Assembly (NCBI RefSeq): GCF_018977255.1
Contig: NW_024704742.1
Coordinates: 137,578,001 to 137,642,000 of the forward strand
Origin: Callorhinchus milii
Lineage: Eukaryota
Direction of reading: 5' to 3'
Length of the DNA: 64,000 nt
In this document: positions 50,412 to 62,112 of the stretch, in pieces
Numbering within the stretch: position 1 is the first letter of the stretch
How the letters are laid out: each line of letters begins with the position of its first letter
The notes under the pieces: model-generated
What the model saw: the letters and a program-made list of their open reading frames with translations, nothing else
What the model was told of the DNA's origin: nothing
Database searches by the model: none
Translations under genes and position numbers: made by a program

Positions 50412-53185
50412 ACCGTGGCGGTGGTGTTGCCCTTATCTCAAGGACACCACTTGCCCTATCCCCCTACTCCACTGGCTCTTTCCCCTCCTTTGAGCACTTC
50501 ACCCTCTCCCACCCCTCCGATCGCCTCATCATCCTGGGCGACTTTAACCTACACTTCACACCCTCCTGCTCCATCTCCACAGACTTCTCTTCCCTGCTCT
50601 CCTCACTCAACCTCTCCTTACACATAAACTCCCCCACTCACAGTCACGGCCACCCACTCGATTTGGTGATCACCTGGGGCCTCAGTGTCTCGGATGTCAC
50701 TATTACCGACAAGGCCATCTCTGACCACTACTTCATCTCCTTCACCACCTCCACCCCCCTCCCCACCTCCACCAGACCCACCACCATCTTCTACCGCCCT
50801 TGGAAGAAATTACCCCCACAATCCCTAACCGATGCCTTGGAGTCCTCTGAACTCCTCTCCCTCTGGCCTTCAACCCTCACCGACCCCTCTTCTCCTCTCT
50901 CCCTCCTCCACAATACCCTCTCCTCCACACTCGATACTCTTGCCCCCATCACTTCCCGCACTGTCTCCTACTCCCGCTCCTCCCCCTGGTACACCACCCA
51001 CCTCCGCTCACTGAAAAGTCAGGTGCGGGCCGCTGAACGCACCTGTGTCAAATCTGGCCTAACGGTCCACCGACAAATCTGGCTAGACCTCCTCAAAATT
51101 TACCGCTCCACTCTAGCCTCGGCCAAGTCGTCCTTCTACTCCAGGATAATCCTGGAGGCGAAGAACAACCCCAGGCTACTGTTTTCCACCACAACCCGAC
51201 TCCTCCGTCCCCCCCGCCACGCCGCGCAGGTCATCTCCTCCAACCTTCACTGCGAGGAGATGCTGGATTTCCTTGAATCCAAGATCAAGGGAATCCGCTC
51301 CGCGGTCACTTCCCCTCCAACTTCCACCCACCACCCACCCCTTCCCTCCCACACTCCGACTCCTACCCATCCTCCCCTACACACCTTCGTACCCGTTTCC
51401 CCACCCTCTGTCACTGAACTCATCCTATCCCTAAAACCAACCACCTGCTCCCTTGACCCCATCCCCACTCCACTCCTTATCTCCCAGCTCCACTTTCTTG
51501 CCCCACATATCACTGACATCATAAACCTGTCCCTCTCCTCTGGCTCTGTCCCCATTCCATTAAAAACTGCCACCATCACGCCCACCCTGAAAAAACCCTC
51601 CCTTGATGCGTCGCAGCTATCAAGCTACCGGCCCATCTCCAACCTCCCCTTTCTCTCCAAGGTCTTGGAAAGAGTTGTCGCCTCCCAACTGCGCTCTTTC
51701 CTTTCCACCCATTCTCTTTTCGAACCCCTTCAGTCAGGTTTCCGTGCTGCCATAGCACAGAAACTGCCCTGGTCAAGGTCACCAATGATATCCTGACCAT
51801 CTGTGACCAGGGCTCCCTCTGTCTCCTCGTCCTCCTCGACCTATCGGCAGCATTCGATACGGTCGACCACGCTATCCTACTCCACCGCTTGTCCTCCCAC
51901 CTCAAACTTCAAGGCACTGTCCTTGAATGGTTTAGGTCGTACCTTTCTCACCGTCTTCACTTTGTCTCGACGAATGGCTTCTCCTCCACCCCCCGCACTG
52001 TCTCATGTGGTGTCCCTCAGGCTCTGTCCTCGGTCGCCTCCTCTTCACACTCTATATGCTCCCCCTGTGGTGACATCATCCGCAGACATGGAGTTAACTT
52101 CCACATGTATGCGGATGACACCCAACTCTACCTTTCCTCCTCTACTCTCAACTCCACGACCACCGATGTCCTGACAGCTGCCTGTCCGACATCGAGTCCT
52201 GGACGAGAGACAACTTTCTTCAGCTCAACGTGCGAAAAAACCGGAGGCCCTCCTGATTGGCTCACGTCAGCGCCTCCGCACCTCAGGCGCTGACACCATC
52301 AGCATCCAAGGCTGCACTCTCCACCTCTCAAAGCCAGTCAGGAACCTCGGCGTTTTGTTCGACCCTGAGCTGTCCTTTCTCCCTCACATCCGCACCACAA
52401 CTGGCACCGCCTTCCATCACCTCCGGAACATCGCCAGACTACGGCACTACCTCACCCCTCACGCGGCTGAAACCCTAGTTCACGCCTTTGTCACCTCAAG
52501 GCTGGACTACGGGAACTCTCTCCTCGTCGGCCTTCCCGCCACCTCCCTCCACACTGCAGGTCATTCAGAACTCTGCAGCTCGTGTACTGTCCCGCACCAG
52601 ACACCGCGACCACATCACTCCCACCCCTCGCTCACCTCCACTGGCTCCCCATCCCCAGAGGATTGATTTCAAGATCCTCATCCTCACCTACAAGGCCATT
52701 CACGGCCTTGCTCCCTCCTACCTCTCCAACCTACTATCCCCCTACCTACCTGCCCGTACCCTCCGTTCCTCTGGCTCTGGTCTGCTCCACGTCCCCCGCC
52801 CCAACCGCCCTACCATCGGTGGTCGGGCCTTCAGCCTCTCAGCCCCAGGCTCTGGAACTCCATCCCCCAGTGCCTTCGCCGCTTCCTCCCTCTCCTCCTT
52901 CAAGGCCGGTCTCAAAACCTTTCTCTTTGACCGTGCATTCAGCTCCCCTCTCGACTCTCTTCCCCCTCCTCGCTCCCTCCCTTCCCTCCCCTCACCCTGA
53001 CCATTTCCCCCCTCCTTGCTCCCCTTCCCTCCCTCACCCTGACCATTCCCCCCTCCTGCCCCCCCCTCCCCCTCACCCTGACCATTTCCCCCCTGCTCGG
53101 GTCATGACCCAACTGTGCAGCACCTTGGGACGTCCTCCTGACGTGAAAGGCGCTTTATAAATGGAATCTTGTTGTTGTTGTTGTT
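50412..53185 (+). mobile_element. L2-clade LINE, 5'-truncated (partial endonuclease plus RT, frameshifted)
   Basis: [40 protein letters not shown]. 3' stem-loop and (TTG)n tail. Confidence 0.9.
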
Positions 53186-53375
53186 AGTTAATTTTTTGTG
53201 ATGGTTTTTACATTTATTCCTCTTGTGACTGACTGGCTGATGAGAGGAAAATCTTTTGTGACTCTTTGAGGTTTAGCGACCGCTATCAGGTCACCCCTAA
53301 CCTTCTCAGCTTGCTAAAAAAGCCCCAACCTTTCAAATCTCCTTACAAACTTAAACCGCTAAACCCTGGGGACAT

Positions 53376-56300
53376 CAACAACAACAACAACAACAAGATT
53401 CCATTTATAGAGCGCCTTTCACGTCAGGAGGACGTCCAAGGCGCTGCACAGTTGGGTCATGACCCGAGCAGGGGGGAAATGGTCAGGGTGAGGGGAGGGA
53501 AGGGAGGGAGAGAGGAGGGGAGAAATGGTCAGGGTGAGGGGAGGGAAGGGAGGGAGCGAGGAGGAGGAAGAGAGTCGAGAGGGGAGCTGAAGGCACGGTC
53601 AAAGAGAAAGGTTTTGAGACCGGCCTTGAAGGAGGAAAGGGAGGAAGCAAGGCGAAGGCACTGGGGGATGGAGTTCCAGAGCCTCGGGGCTGAGAGGCTG
53701 AAGGCCCGACCACCGATAGTAGGGCGGTTGGGCGGGGGACGTGGAGCAGACCGGAGCCAGAGGAACGGAGGGTACGGGCAGGTAGGTAGGGGGATAGTAG
53801 GTTGGAGAGGTAGGAGGGAGCAAGGCCGTGAATGGCCTTGTAGGTGAGGATGAGGATCTTGAAATCAATCCTCTGGGGGATGGGGAGCCAGTGGAGGCGA
53901 GCGAGGGTGGGAGTGATGTGGTCCCGAAGCCTGGTGCGGGACAGTACACGAGCTGCAGAGTTCTGAATGACCTGCAGCTTGTGGAGGGAGGTGCCGGGAA
54001 GGCCGGCGAGGAGAGAGTTCCCATAGTCCAGCCTTGAGGTGACAAAGGCGTGAACCAGGGTTTCAGCAGCGTGAGGGGTGAGGTAGTGCCGTAATCTGGC
54101 GATATTCCGGAGGTGATGGAAGGCGGTGCCAGTTGTGGTGCGGATGTGAGGGAGAAAGGACAGCTCAGGGTCGAACAAAACGCCGAGGTTCCTGACTGGC
54201 TTTGAGAGGTGGAGAGTGCAGCCTTGGATGCTGATGGTGTCAGCGCCTGAGGTGCGGAGGCGCTGACGTGAGCCAATCAGGAGGGCCTCGGTTTTTCGCA
54301 CGTTGAGCTGAAGAAAGTTGTCTCTCGTCCAGGACTCGATGTCGGACAGGCAGGCTGTCAGGACATCGGTGGTCGTGGAGTTGAGAGTAGAGGAGGAAAG
54401 GTAGAGTTGGGTGTCATCCGCATACATGTGGAAGTTAACCCCATGTTTGCGGATGATGTCACCGAGGGGGAGCATATAGAGGGTGAAGAGGAGGGGACCG
54501 AGGACAGAGCCCTGAGGGACACCACATGAGACAGTACGGGGGGTGGAGGAGAAGCCATTCGTTGAGACGAAGTGAAGACGGTGGGAAAGGTAAGAGCTAA
54601 ACCATTCAAGGACAGTGCCTTGAAGGTTGAGGTGGGAGGACAAGCGGTGGAGTAGGATAGCGTGGTCGACCGTATCGAATGCTGCCGATAGGTCGAGGAG
54701 GACGAGGAGACAGAGGGAGCCCTGGTCACAGATAGTCAGGATATCATTGGTGACCTTGACCAGGGCAGTTTCTGTGCTATGAGCAGCACGGAAACCTGAC
54801 TGAAGGGGTTCAAAAAGAGAATGGGTGGAGAGGAAAGAGCGCAGTTGGGAGGCGACAACTCTTTCCAAGACCTTGGAGAGAAAGGGGAGGTTGGAGATGG
54901 GCCGGTAGCTTGATAGCTGCGACGCATCAAGGGAGGGTTTTTTCAGGGTGGGCGTGATGATGGCAGTTTTTAATGGAATGGGGACAGAGCCAGAGGAGAG
55001 GGACAGGTTTATGATGTCAGTGATGTGTGGGGCAAGAAAATGGAGCTGGGAGATAAGGAGTGGAGTGGGGATGGGTCAAGGGAGCAGGTGGTTGGTTTTA
55101 GGGATAGGATGAGTTCAGTGACAGAGGGTGGGGAAACGGGTACGAAGGTGTGTAGGGGAGGATGGGTAGGAGTCGGAGTGTGGGAGGGAAGGGGTGGGTG
55201 GAAGTTGGAGGGGAAGTGACCGCGGAGCGGATTCCCTTGATCTTGGATTCAAGGAAATCCAGCATCTCCTCGCAGTGAAGGTTGAAGGAGATGACCTGCG
55301 CGGGGTGGCGGGGGGGACGGAGGAGTCGGGTTGTGGTGGAAAACAGTAGCCTGGGGTTGTTCTTCGCCTCCAGGATTATCCTGGAGTAGAAGGACGACTT
55401 GGCCGAGGCTAGAGTGGAGCGGTAAATTTTGAGGAGGTCCAGCCAGATTTGTCGGTGGACCGTTAAGCCGGATTTGACAAAGGTGCGCTCAGCAGCCCGC
55501 ACCTGGCATTTCAGTGAGCGGAGGTGGGTGGTGTACCAGGGGAGGAGCGGGAGTAGGAGACAGTGCGGGAAGTGATGGGGCAAGAGTATCGAAGTGTGGA
55601 GGAGAGGATATTGTGGAGGAGGGAGAGAGGAGAAGAGGGGTCGGTGAGGGTTGAAGGCCAGAGGGAGAGGAGTTCAGAGGACTCCAAGGCATCGGTTAGG
55701 GATTGTGGGGGTAACTTCTTCCAAGGGCGGTAGAAGATGGTGGTGGGTCTGGTGGAGGTGGGGAGGGGGGTGGAGGTGGTGAAGAAGATGAAGTAGTGGT
55801 CGGAGATGGCCTTGTCGGTAATAGTGACATCCGAGACACTGAGGCCCCGGGTGATCACCAAATCGAGTGGGTGGCCGTGACTGTGAGTGGGGGAGTTTAT
55901 GGTGTAGGGGAAAGGTTGAGTGAGGAGAGCAGGGAAGAGAAGTCTGTGGAGATGGAGCAGGAGGGGTGAAGTGTAGGTTAAAGTCGCCCAGGATGATGAG
56001 GCGATCAGAGGAGAGGCAAAGAGATGTGAGGAGTGTTGAAATGTCAGAGATGAAGGTGGGAGAGGTTTAGGGGGCCGGTAGAGGAGGAGGATTTTAAGGG
56101 AGAGGAATGAGGGGTGGGAGAGGGTGAGGTGCTCGAAGGAGGGGAAAGAGCCAGAGGAGTAGGGGATAGGGCAAGTGGTGTCCTTGAGATAAGGGCAACA
56201 CCACCGCCACGGCGGTTGGGGCGGGGATGTGGTGGGAGGTGTAGCCGGGTGGCGTGGCCTCCGTGAGGGGGAAGGTGGCGCCTGGGGTGAGCCAGGTTTC

Positions 56301-57165
56301 TGTCAAGGCCATGATATCAACGTTCTCATCAAGGATGAGATCGTTGATGACCAGGGCCTTGTTGCAGAGGGAGCGGACATTTTGCAGTCCGATGTGGAGG
56401 GAGCGGTTGACAGAAGGGTGTGTGGGAGGGGAGGGCCTCCAGGTTGTGAGGCAGGGGTGGGGGGAATGGGGATGAGGGAGGAGAGGTTGACTCCCCGGGT
56501 CTGTGTCCGGGGTGGCTGGCGAGAGTGGTGGGGAATGGGGCAGTCGGTGTGGCTGCTGCTGGACAGCCAACGCCGAGTACCGCGGTGAGCCCGGCGGAGG
56601 ATCCCAGACTGGAACAGAGGGAGGTTGTGGGAGGGTCAAGTGGGGATAGAAGACGAGAGGGACGGAGAGAGAGGAGGAGAGAGCGGAGAGATGGAGAGGG
56701 GGGAGGGTTTGGGGGGAGAGAGGAGGGGGCGGGAGGAGGGGGTGAGGGGGCTCGGGTCAAAGCGGCAGCCATAGTGCGCACGCGGGGACCGGGAGCGAGC
56801 GGTCAGGTGGATGGCATTATCCCGCAGATTGGGGCATCGAACCCAACAGGACCATAGTGGGGGGGGGGGGGCGCGGAGGGTTTTTTTTTTTTTTTTTTTT
56901 TGTTTGTTTTGTGCGCGCGCACTCACCTGAAAACTAATCTATGACGTCGCAGTTCCCCCGCTCCGCCCCCACACCTCCCTCCACTGCCTAGCTGCACTCG
57001 CTCCGGCGTCGAGTTTAAGTACCTGGGTCAGTAGGCCCAGGCTCCTCCCCGCGCTGTCCTGCTGCCGCTCCCCGACTGGCTGCACTCGCTCCGGCGTCGA
57101 GTTTAAGTACCTGGGTCAGTAGGCCCAGGCTCCTCCCCGCGCTGTCCTGCTGCCGCTCCCCGACA
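53376..57165 (-). mobile_element. Near full-length L2-clade LINE (endonuclease plus RT), probably including its 5'UTR
   Basis: LQNVRSLCNK and ALTETWL (APE endonuclease). 461-aa RT ORF at 53483-54868 with YADD. (TTG)n tail. The 5' limit is uncertain. Confidence 0.85.
56991..57164. repeat. Perfect 2x direct repeat with 88-bp period, CpG-rich
   Basis: GCTGCACTCGCTCCGGCGTCGAG...GCCGCTCCCCGAC starts at both 56991 and 57079. Confidence 0.9.
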
Positions 57166-57345
57166 TCGCAGTGAATCTAAGCTGCAACTTTTCCATCACT
57201 TTTATATCCTTCTTACAGTGGGGGTCCCAATACTATCCACATTACTCCCCGCTGTGACCTAACCAAGCTCTTGTACAAGCTCAGTGTTACCTGTTTGCTT
57301 TTATGTTGTGTTCTGGTTCACATTACACCATGTGTGTCCTCACAG

Positions 57346-57735
57346 GGCTCAGTAGGAATGGCTGGACGATGGAGACCCCCGATACAGTGACCGGCAGGTT
57401 AGGGTCACCGGTCACCGTGTACTGCAAGTTCACTCCCCCTCACCCCAGATACACAGGGAACATCACCATCATGTGGAAGGAAGGCTGGACTGGTCCTGCG
57501 CATTTTAATTATACAAATTATGGGCCGGATTCACAGGGAAAGTATCAAAATGTTATTGATGTAAACGAGGGAGAGCGACATCGAGTGATTGGGAACCCGA
57601 GGAGGAACGACGCAACAATAGAGATAAACCAACTGAGGGGAGAGGACAATAATAAGCTGTTGTCCTGTTGTGTGGAGCTCCAGGGTGAGGACGGAAAGTT
57701 TGAAACTGGGCCCAGAACACGTCTGATTGTTACAG
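57346..57735 (+). CDS. Gene C V1 exon, Siglec-15-like V-set
   Basis: 390 nt, phase 1-1: WTMETPDTVTGRLGSPVTVYCKFTPPHPRYTGNITIMW...GNPRRND...LSCCVE. GNPRRND matches my recollection of human SIGLEC15. Confidence 0.9.
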
Positions 57736-59120
57736 GTGAGGAACGATGGGAAGTCCCCTGAGCACCTGGAGGCTGAGGCGGCCTCACTGTGGGGTTGTCT
57801 ATTTGCCGAGGCCCCTCACATGAGGACCTGGATTCAGCAGCTGGTGATCAGTAAGCCTGGGACGTGGCAATGGATCTCGAGAACATCAAGGTGGCTGGCA
57901 GGTCACAAACTGCCCTGTAAGATTCTCCCACCACAAAAAAGCCGGTGTAAAGCAGGGACTGGCTCCACAGTGACATACCAGGCCACAGGACGTCGGGCAG
58001 GAGTCAACCCTCTGTGGGGGTCTCTAGTCTGGTTCCTGAGCCAGGCGGTCGCAGTACTCCAGGGCACTGCTGATTTGGCATCAGCCTCATTGGCAGACCA
58101 GTCACTGGGCGCGACCATTCCCACTCAGCTCAATAACACCACAGATCTACACAAGCAGCAGGAAGCTTGCCACACAGTGCCGTCACTGGCCAACTGTGCT
58201 GTGGAGTCCTGTAGTGTAGTGGTTAGAGCACTCGCCTCACAAGCGAGAGGACTTGGGTTTGATTCCTGGGCAGGAAGAAACCTTGAGCAAGTTTCCTTGC
58301 TATACACGCCTCTGTTTACCTCGCAGTAAGTAGGAAGCCGGTAGTTTAGTCGATTGGTGGATCACCTCTGGGGGCAAAAATCTCTCCAAAAATAATTTTT
58401 TAAAAATTTGCTCTCTCAATCCATGACGGTTGTTGGAACGCTGCTGGCACAATTGACTGGTGTATTTCTCCCACAAGTTATACAGTCAATTCACTGGACA
58501 GTATATTTGGTGAAGCGCTTTGAGATGTCTCAATAGCAAGATATCAAATCCAGGTATTATTATGATTATTATTATGCTGCTTTCGCTGGTTGAACTCCAA
58601 ATTGCCCCAAACATAATACTCTCTGAATTACATACTCAGAGTGGATATATATGTGGAAGTCTCTCTCTGGTTTAGATACTCTTAACAACGGTGACAGATA
58701 TCTGTATGTATCAGGAAACCGACTGCCCCAAAACATGAGGAGGGATTTTCTTTACACCACCAAACCTCCATCTGAATTAGGTTGTTCAACAACAACAATA
58801 ACGTGCATTTATACAGCACTCCTCATGCAGGGCAGCATCCCAGAGCCTTCATAAGCATTGGGGGTCCTTCATCTGAGTAAATTCGCTGCAAAACAGTCAC
58901 TACACTTGCCAGTAATCATGTTAATGGTCCTATAAACATCCCAGGTTTTGTGTGTGAGACATTGTGTTGGACATAGGCTCATAGAGGGTGAGTGAGGAGC
59001 ACAGGCCTGAGGGAGATGGTGCCATGAAGAGCAGGTAACATATCCAGGATTTCACAGTGTGTAACATGTACTCTGTCACACTGACTGCTCTGCACTATTC
59101 CAATCCTGTTCCTGTCTCAG

Positions 59121-59504
59121 GTCCTGAAGAGAAGCTCCGGTCAGTGACTGGTACCAAGGGAGGTGATGCCACACTGCCCTGCTCCTTCACCATCCCCAAC
59201 ACATACCAGAATCGTGCCACAGTCACAGTGCTTTGGAGGAGAGGGAGTCCACATGGGCAGCTGGTGTTTAATTACACTCTTGGCCTCACCGCCCACACCA
59301 ACTCCAGGGAGTCAGAGACAGTGAATGAAGGAAATCGCTACAAGCTGGTCAGGAATGTGGGAGATGGAGACGCTTCCCTGAAGATCAGGGGCCTGGAGTT
59401 AAACGACACCGGACGGTATTTCTGTCACGTACACGTCATGTTTATAATGGAAGGATCCCATCAGGACCAGGTGACACAGGACATGTCACGGCTGCAGGTT
59501 GTTG
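59121..59504 (+). CDS. Gene C V2 exon, V-set Ig domain
   Basis: 384 nt, phase 1-1, near-identical to 12628-13020. YFCHVH, no F-strand Arg. Confidence 0.9.
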
Positions 59505-60548
59505 GTAAGAGATCTCTTGTCTCTGTGGGACATGGAAAAGGATGAATGAACAGGTCATCACTGACGCAATGTTACAGACGAGGTTTGTCTCATTCCTTAC
59601 CCTGTTTGTCATGTGTTAATTAGCACAAGAAACATGGTATCAGAAGGAGGAGACTTTAGTATGTTACTGGGGACAGGGTTTCTTCCCACTTGTCTCCTGT
59701 TAACCCTACAAGCTAAAGCCCAGGGTGATCCTCGCTGGACAAGCAGCGGGAAGCTTCCCAACAATAAATAATGTGTTTTTCACAAGTCCAGGATTGGTCT
59801 GAATGAAGAAGGTCCATCTGGTCTGATCCTTACAGAACACCACCCCCCCCCATCACAGTATCAACTGCTTTTTAAATGAGTCCCAGTGTCCTGGCCTCAG
59901 CCACCCTTCCTGGCCACCTGTTCCAATCCCTGATTACCCTCCGAGTAAAGCAAAACTTAAACACACGACCAGGTCCATCAGTGTCGGAATAAGACAGACT
60001 GGTTACCATCCCAGACACTGCACTGCCATCAGAACAGCAATATTTAGTTTCCCAACAGCACACGGTGTAGAAGTTACTGATTTTCTTCACGGATTTGATA
60101 AGAAATACGTCATTGCTCTCAGATACGTCAGGAGGGCACAGGGTCAGGGTTGTGATGGGCAAAATAAGAACAGATACCCGGAAGTACTTCTTTGTCCAGA
60201 AGGTAATTAATGACAGGAAGTTACCAGGAAGGGTGGTTGAGGCCGGACACTGTGGCTTATTACAGAAAGAGGTCGATGCTGTAACATCGACAGTGGGGTT
60301 GGGGGGGGATTGGGAACTTTGAGGTCAAATGGGCTGAAGCATTTTCTTCACACAAAACTCTCTTGAGATTTTATCAATTACATTGATACAATTGATACAA
60401 AATACATTTGCATAGCGTCTTTCCCAACAAAAGGACGTCCTGAGGCCCTGAGACTCGAATAGACTAAAATAGACTATATTAAAAAAATATTTTGTAAAGT
60501 GGTTGTAGCGGAACACTATGAACAACATGTCCAAGGAAAGAGAAGGGA

Positions 60549-60952
60549 TTAGAGTAGAGAACTCCAGTGGGGGAGCGAACCAGCACAGACACGATGGGTA
60601 GATAGCAGGGAATGGGGTTAGAGTAGAGAGCTCCAGTGGGGAGTGAGCACCAGCAGACACGATGGGAGAGAGCAGGGAATGTGGTTAGAGTAGAGAACTC
60701 CAGTGGGGGAGCGAACCAGCACAGACACGATGGGTAGATAGCAGGGAATGGGGTTAGAGTAGAGAGCTCCAGTGGGGGAGTGAACACCAGGACAGACACG
60801 ATGGGGAGAGAGCAGTGAATGGGGTTAGAGTAGAGAGCTCCAGTGGGGGAGTGAACACCAGGACAGACACGATGGGGAGAGAGCAGTGAATGGGGTTAGA
60901 GTAGAGAGCTCCAGTGGGGGAGTGAGCACCAGCACAGACACGATGGGGACAG
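60549..60952. repeat. About 70-bp minisatellite, 6 units, just upstream of the gene C C2 acceptor
   Basis: TTAGAGTAGAGAGCTCCAGTGGGGGAGTGAGCACCAGCACAGACACGATGGG...GAATGGGG repeated head-to-tail without spacers. Confidence 0.9.
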
Positions 60953-60993
60953 TTGTTTGGTTTGAATATCTCTGTGTTTCTTTATACCTGAAG

Positions 60994-61362
60994 CTCCGGC
61001 CGTCATCCTGAGTCTGTCCCTCGTGGCCGGAGGTGACATTGTGTGCTCGGCTGAGGGGGAACCACCGGCCAACATCACATGGATCGACCCTGAGAATAAC
61101 ACGCTGCCCATTAACACCAGCCACACGCCAGTCACACATGTACCGGACAAGCATCAAACCGTGGGGGAGATCCGGGGCCCGAGGCTGAGGGGAACTTACC
61201 GCTGTGTAGCTGAGAACACACAGGGCAGAGACACCCGAGACATCCTCGCACCTGGACCACAGAGTGATGGCAGCTTCATCACTGTGATGCTGTGGCTGAT
61301 GCCAGCAGCTAAATGTCTCTTTCTGTTGGTGATCGGGATCGTTCTCCTCTGTAAAACACAAG
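60994..61362 (+). CDS. Gene C C2-set plus Lys-containing transmembrane exon
   Basis: 369 nt, open, phase 1-1: IVCSAEGEPPANITW...GTYRCVAEN...FITVMLWLMPAAKCLFLLVIGIVLLC-KTQ|G. Donor GTTTGT. Confidence 0.9.
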
Positions 61363-62112
61363 GTTTGTCAATCCTTTGCTGTTTGTATCTTAAATACAAA
61401 ACCACTGAAAACCACTCCTGTGGTTATAATACATAACAGAACACAATACACAGTCACTATTTTATAGTAAAATCTCCTGAAACACTTTGAGATATCTTGA
61501 AATCATGATAAGGCGTTGTATCAAATGCAAGAATTATTATTATTCCAAAACAAGCACAGTCACTACACTTCACAGTAACAAACATCCTGTGAAGAGTATT
61601 CAGATGTTTAACCATGTGATGATGCGCTGCATCCAATGGAAGCATTATTATAACTAATGTGCTTTGTCAGATGTAGTGACTGTGTTTTTGTCAGCAAACG
61701 CTGCAGCCAGTCAGTGCGCAGCAAATCCCCCACACCCAGCAGTGATGTGGGCGACCAATTCATCTGGAGGATTGCTGGCCAGGACCCTCGGAGAAATCCC
61801 ACCTTGAGACCTACATGAATATGGGGAAGGTCTCGTCTCCTCATAGCCCACTCCTCTGGCTGCCCCTTTTGCTTGGCATCCAACCTTGCCACGATAAAGA
61901 GCTCTGAGACGCTGTCCTGTGTGAATACAAGTTGTTGTTGGATTTACCCCATTTGTGGACCATCCGAGATTTGAGGGCAAAACATCTCAAGGGCTGAGAT
62001 GAGGTGGAATTTTGCGATTCTGTTGAGCCTTTGAGAACATGGGAACCCGTGACTCCCAATAACAGTGTTTGTTTGGCTGAAACATGATCTCATTCTTTTT
62101 CTTCACTCATAG

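Noticed and set aside
50412-56250. Inverted L2 pair as a pure fold-back sequencing artifact
   Set aside because: The arms differ by a ~100-bp indel, by 3' repeat-unit number and by substitutions, and they are separated by a unique spacer. Long-read confirmation is still advisable.
60549-60952. CRISPR-like array
   Set aside because: Head-to-tail units with no unique spacers, in a vertebrate context with no cas genes.
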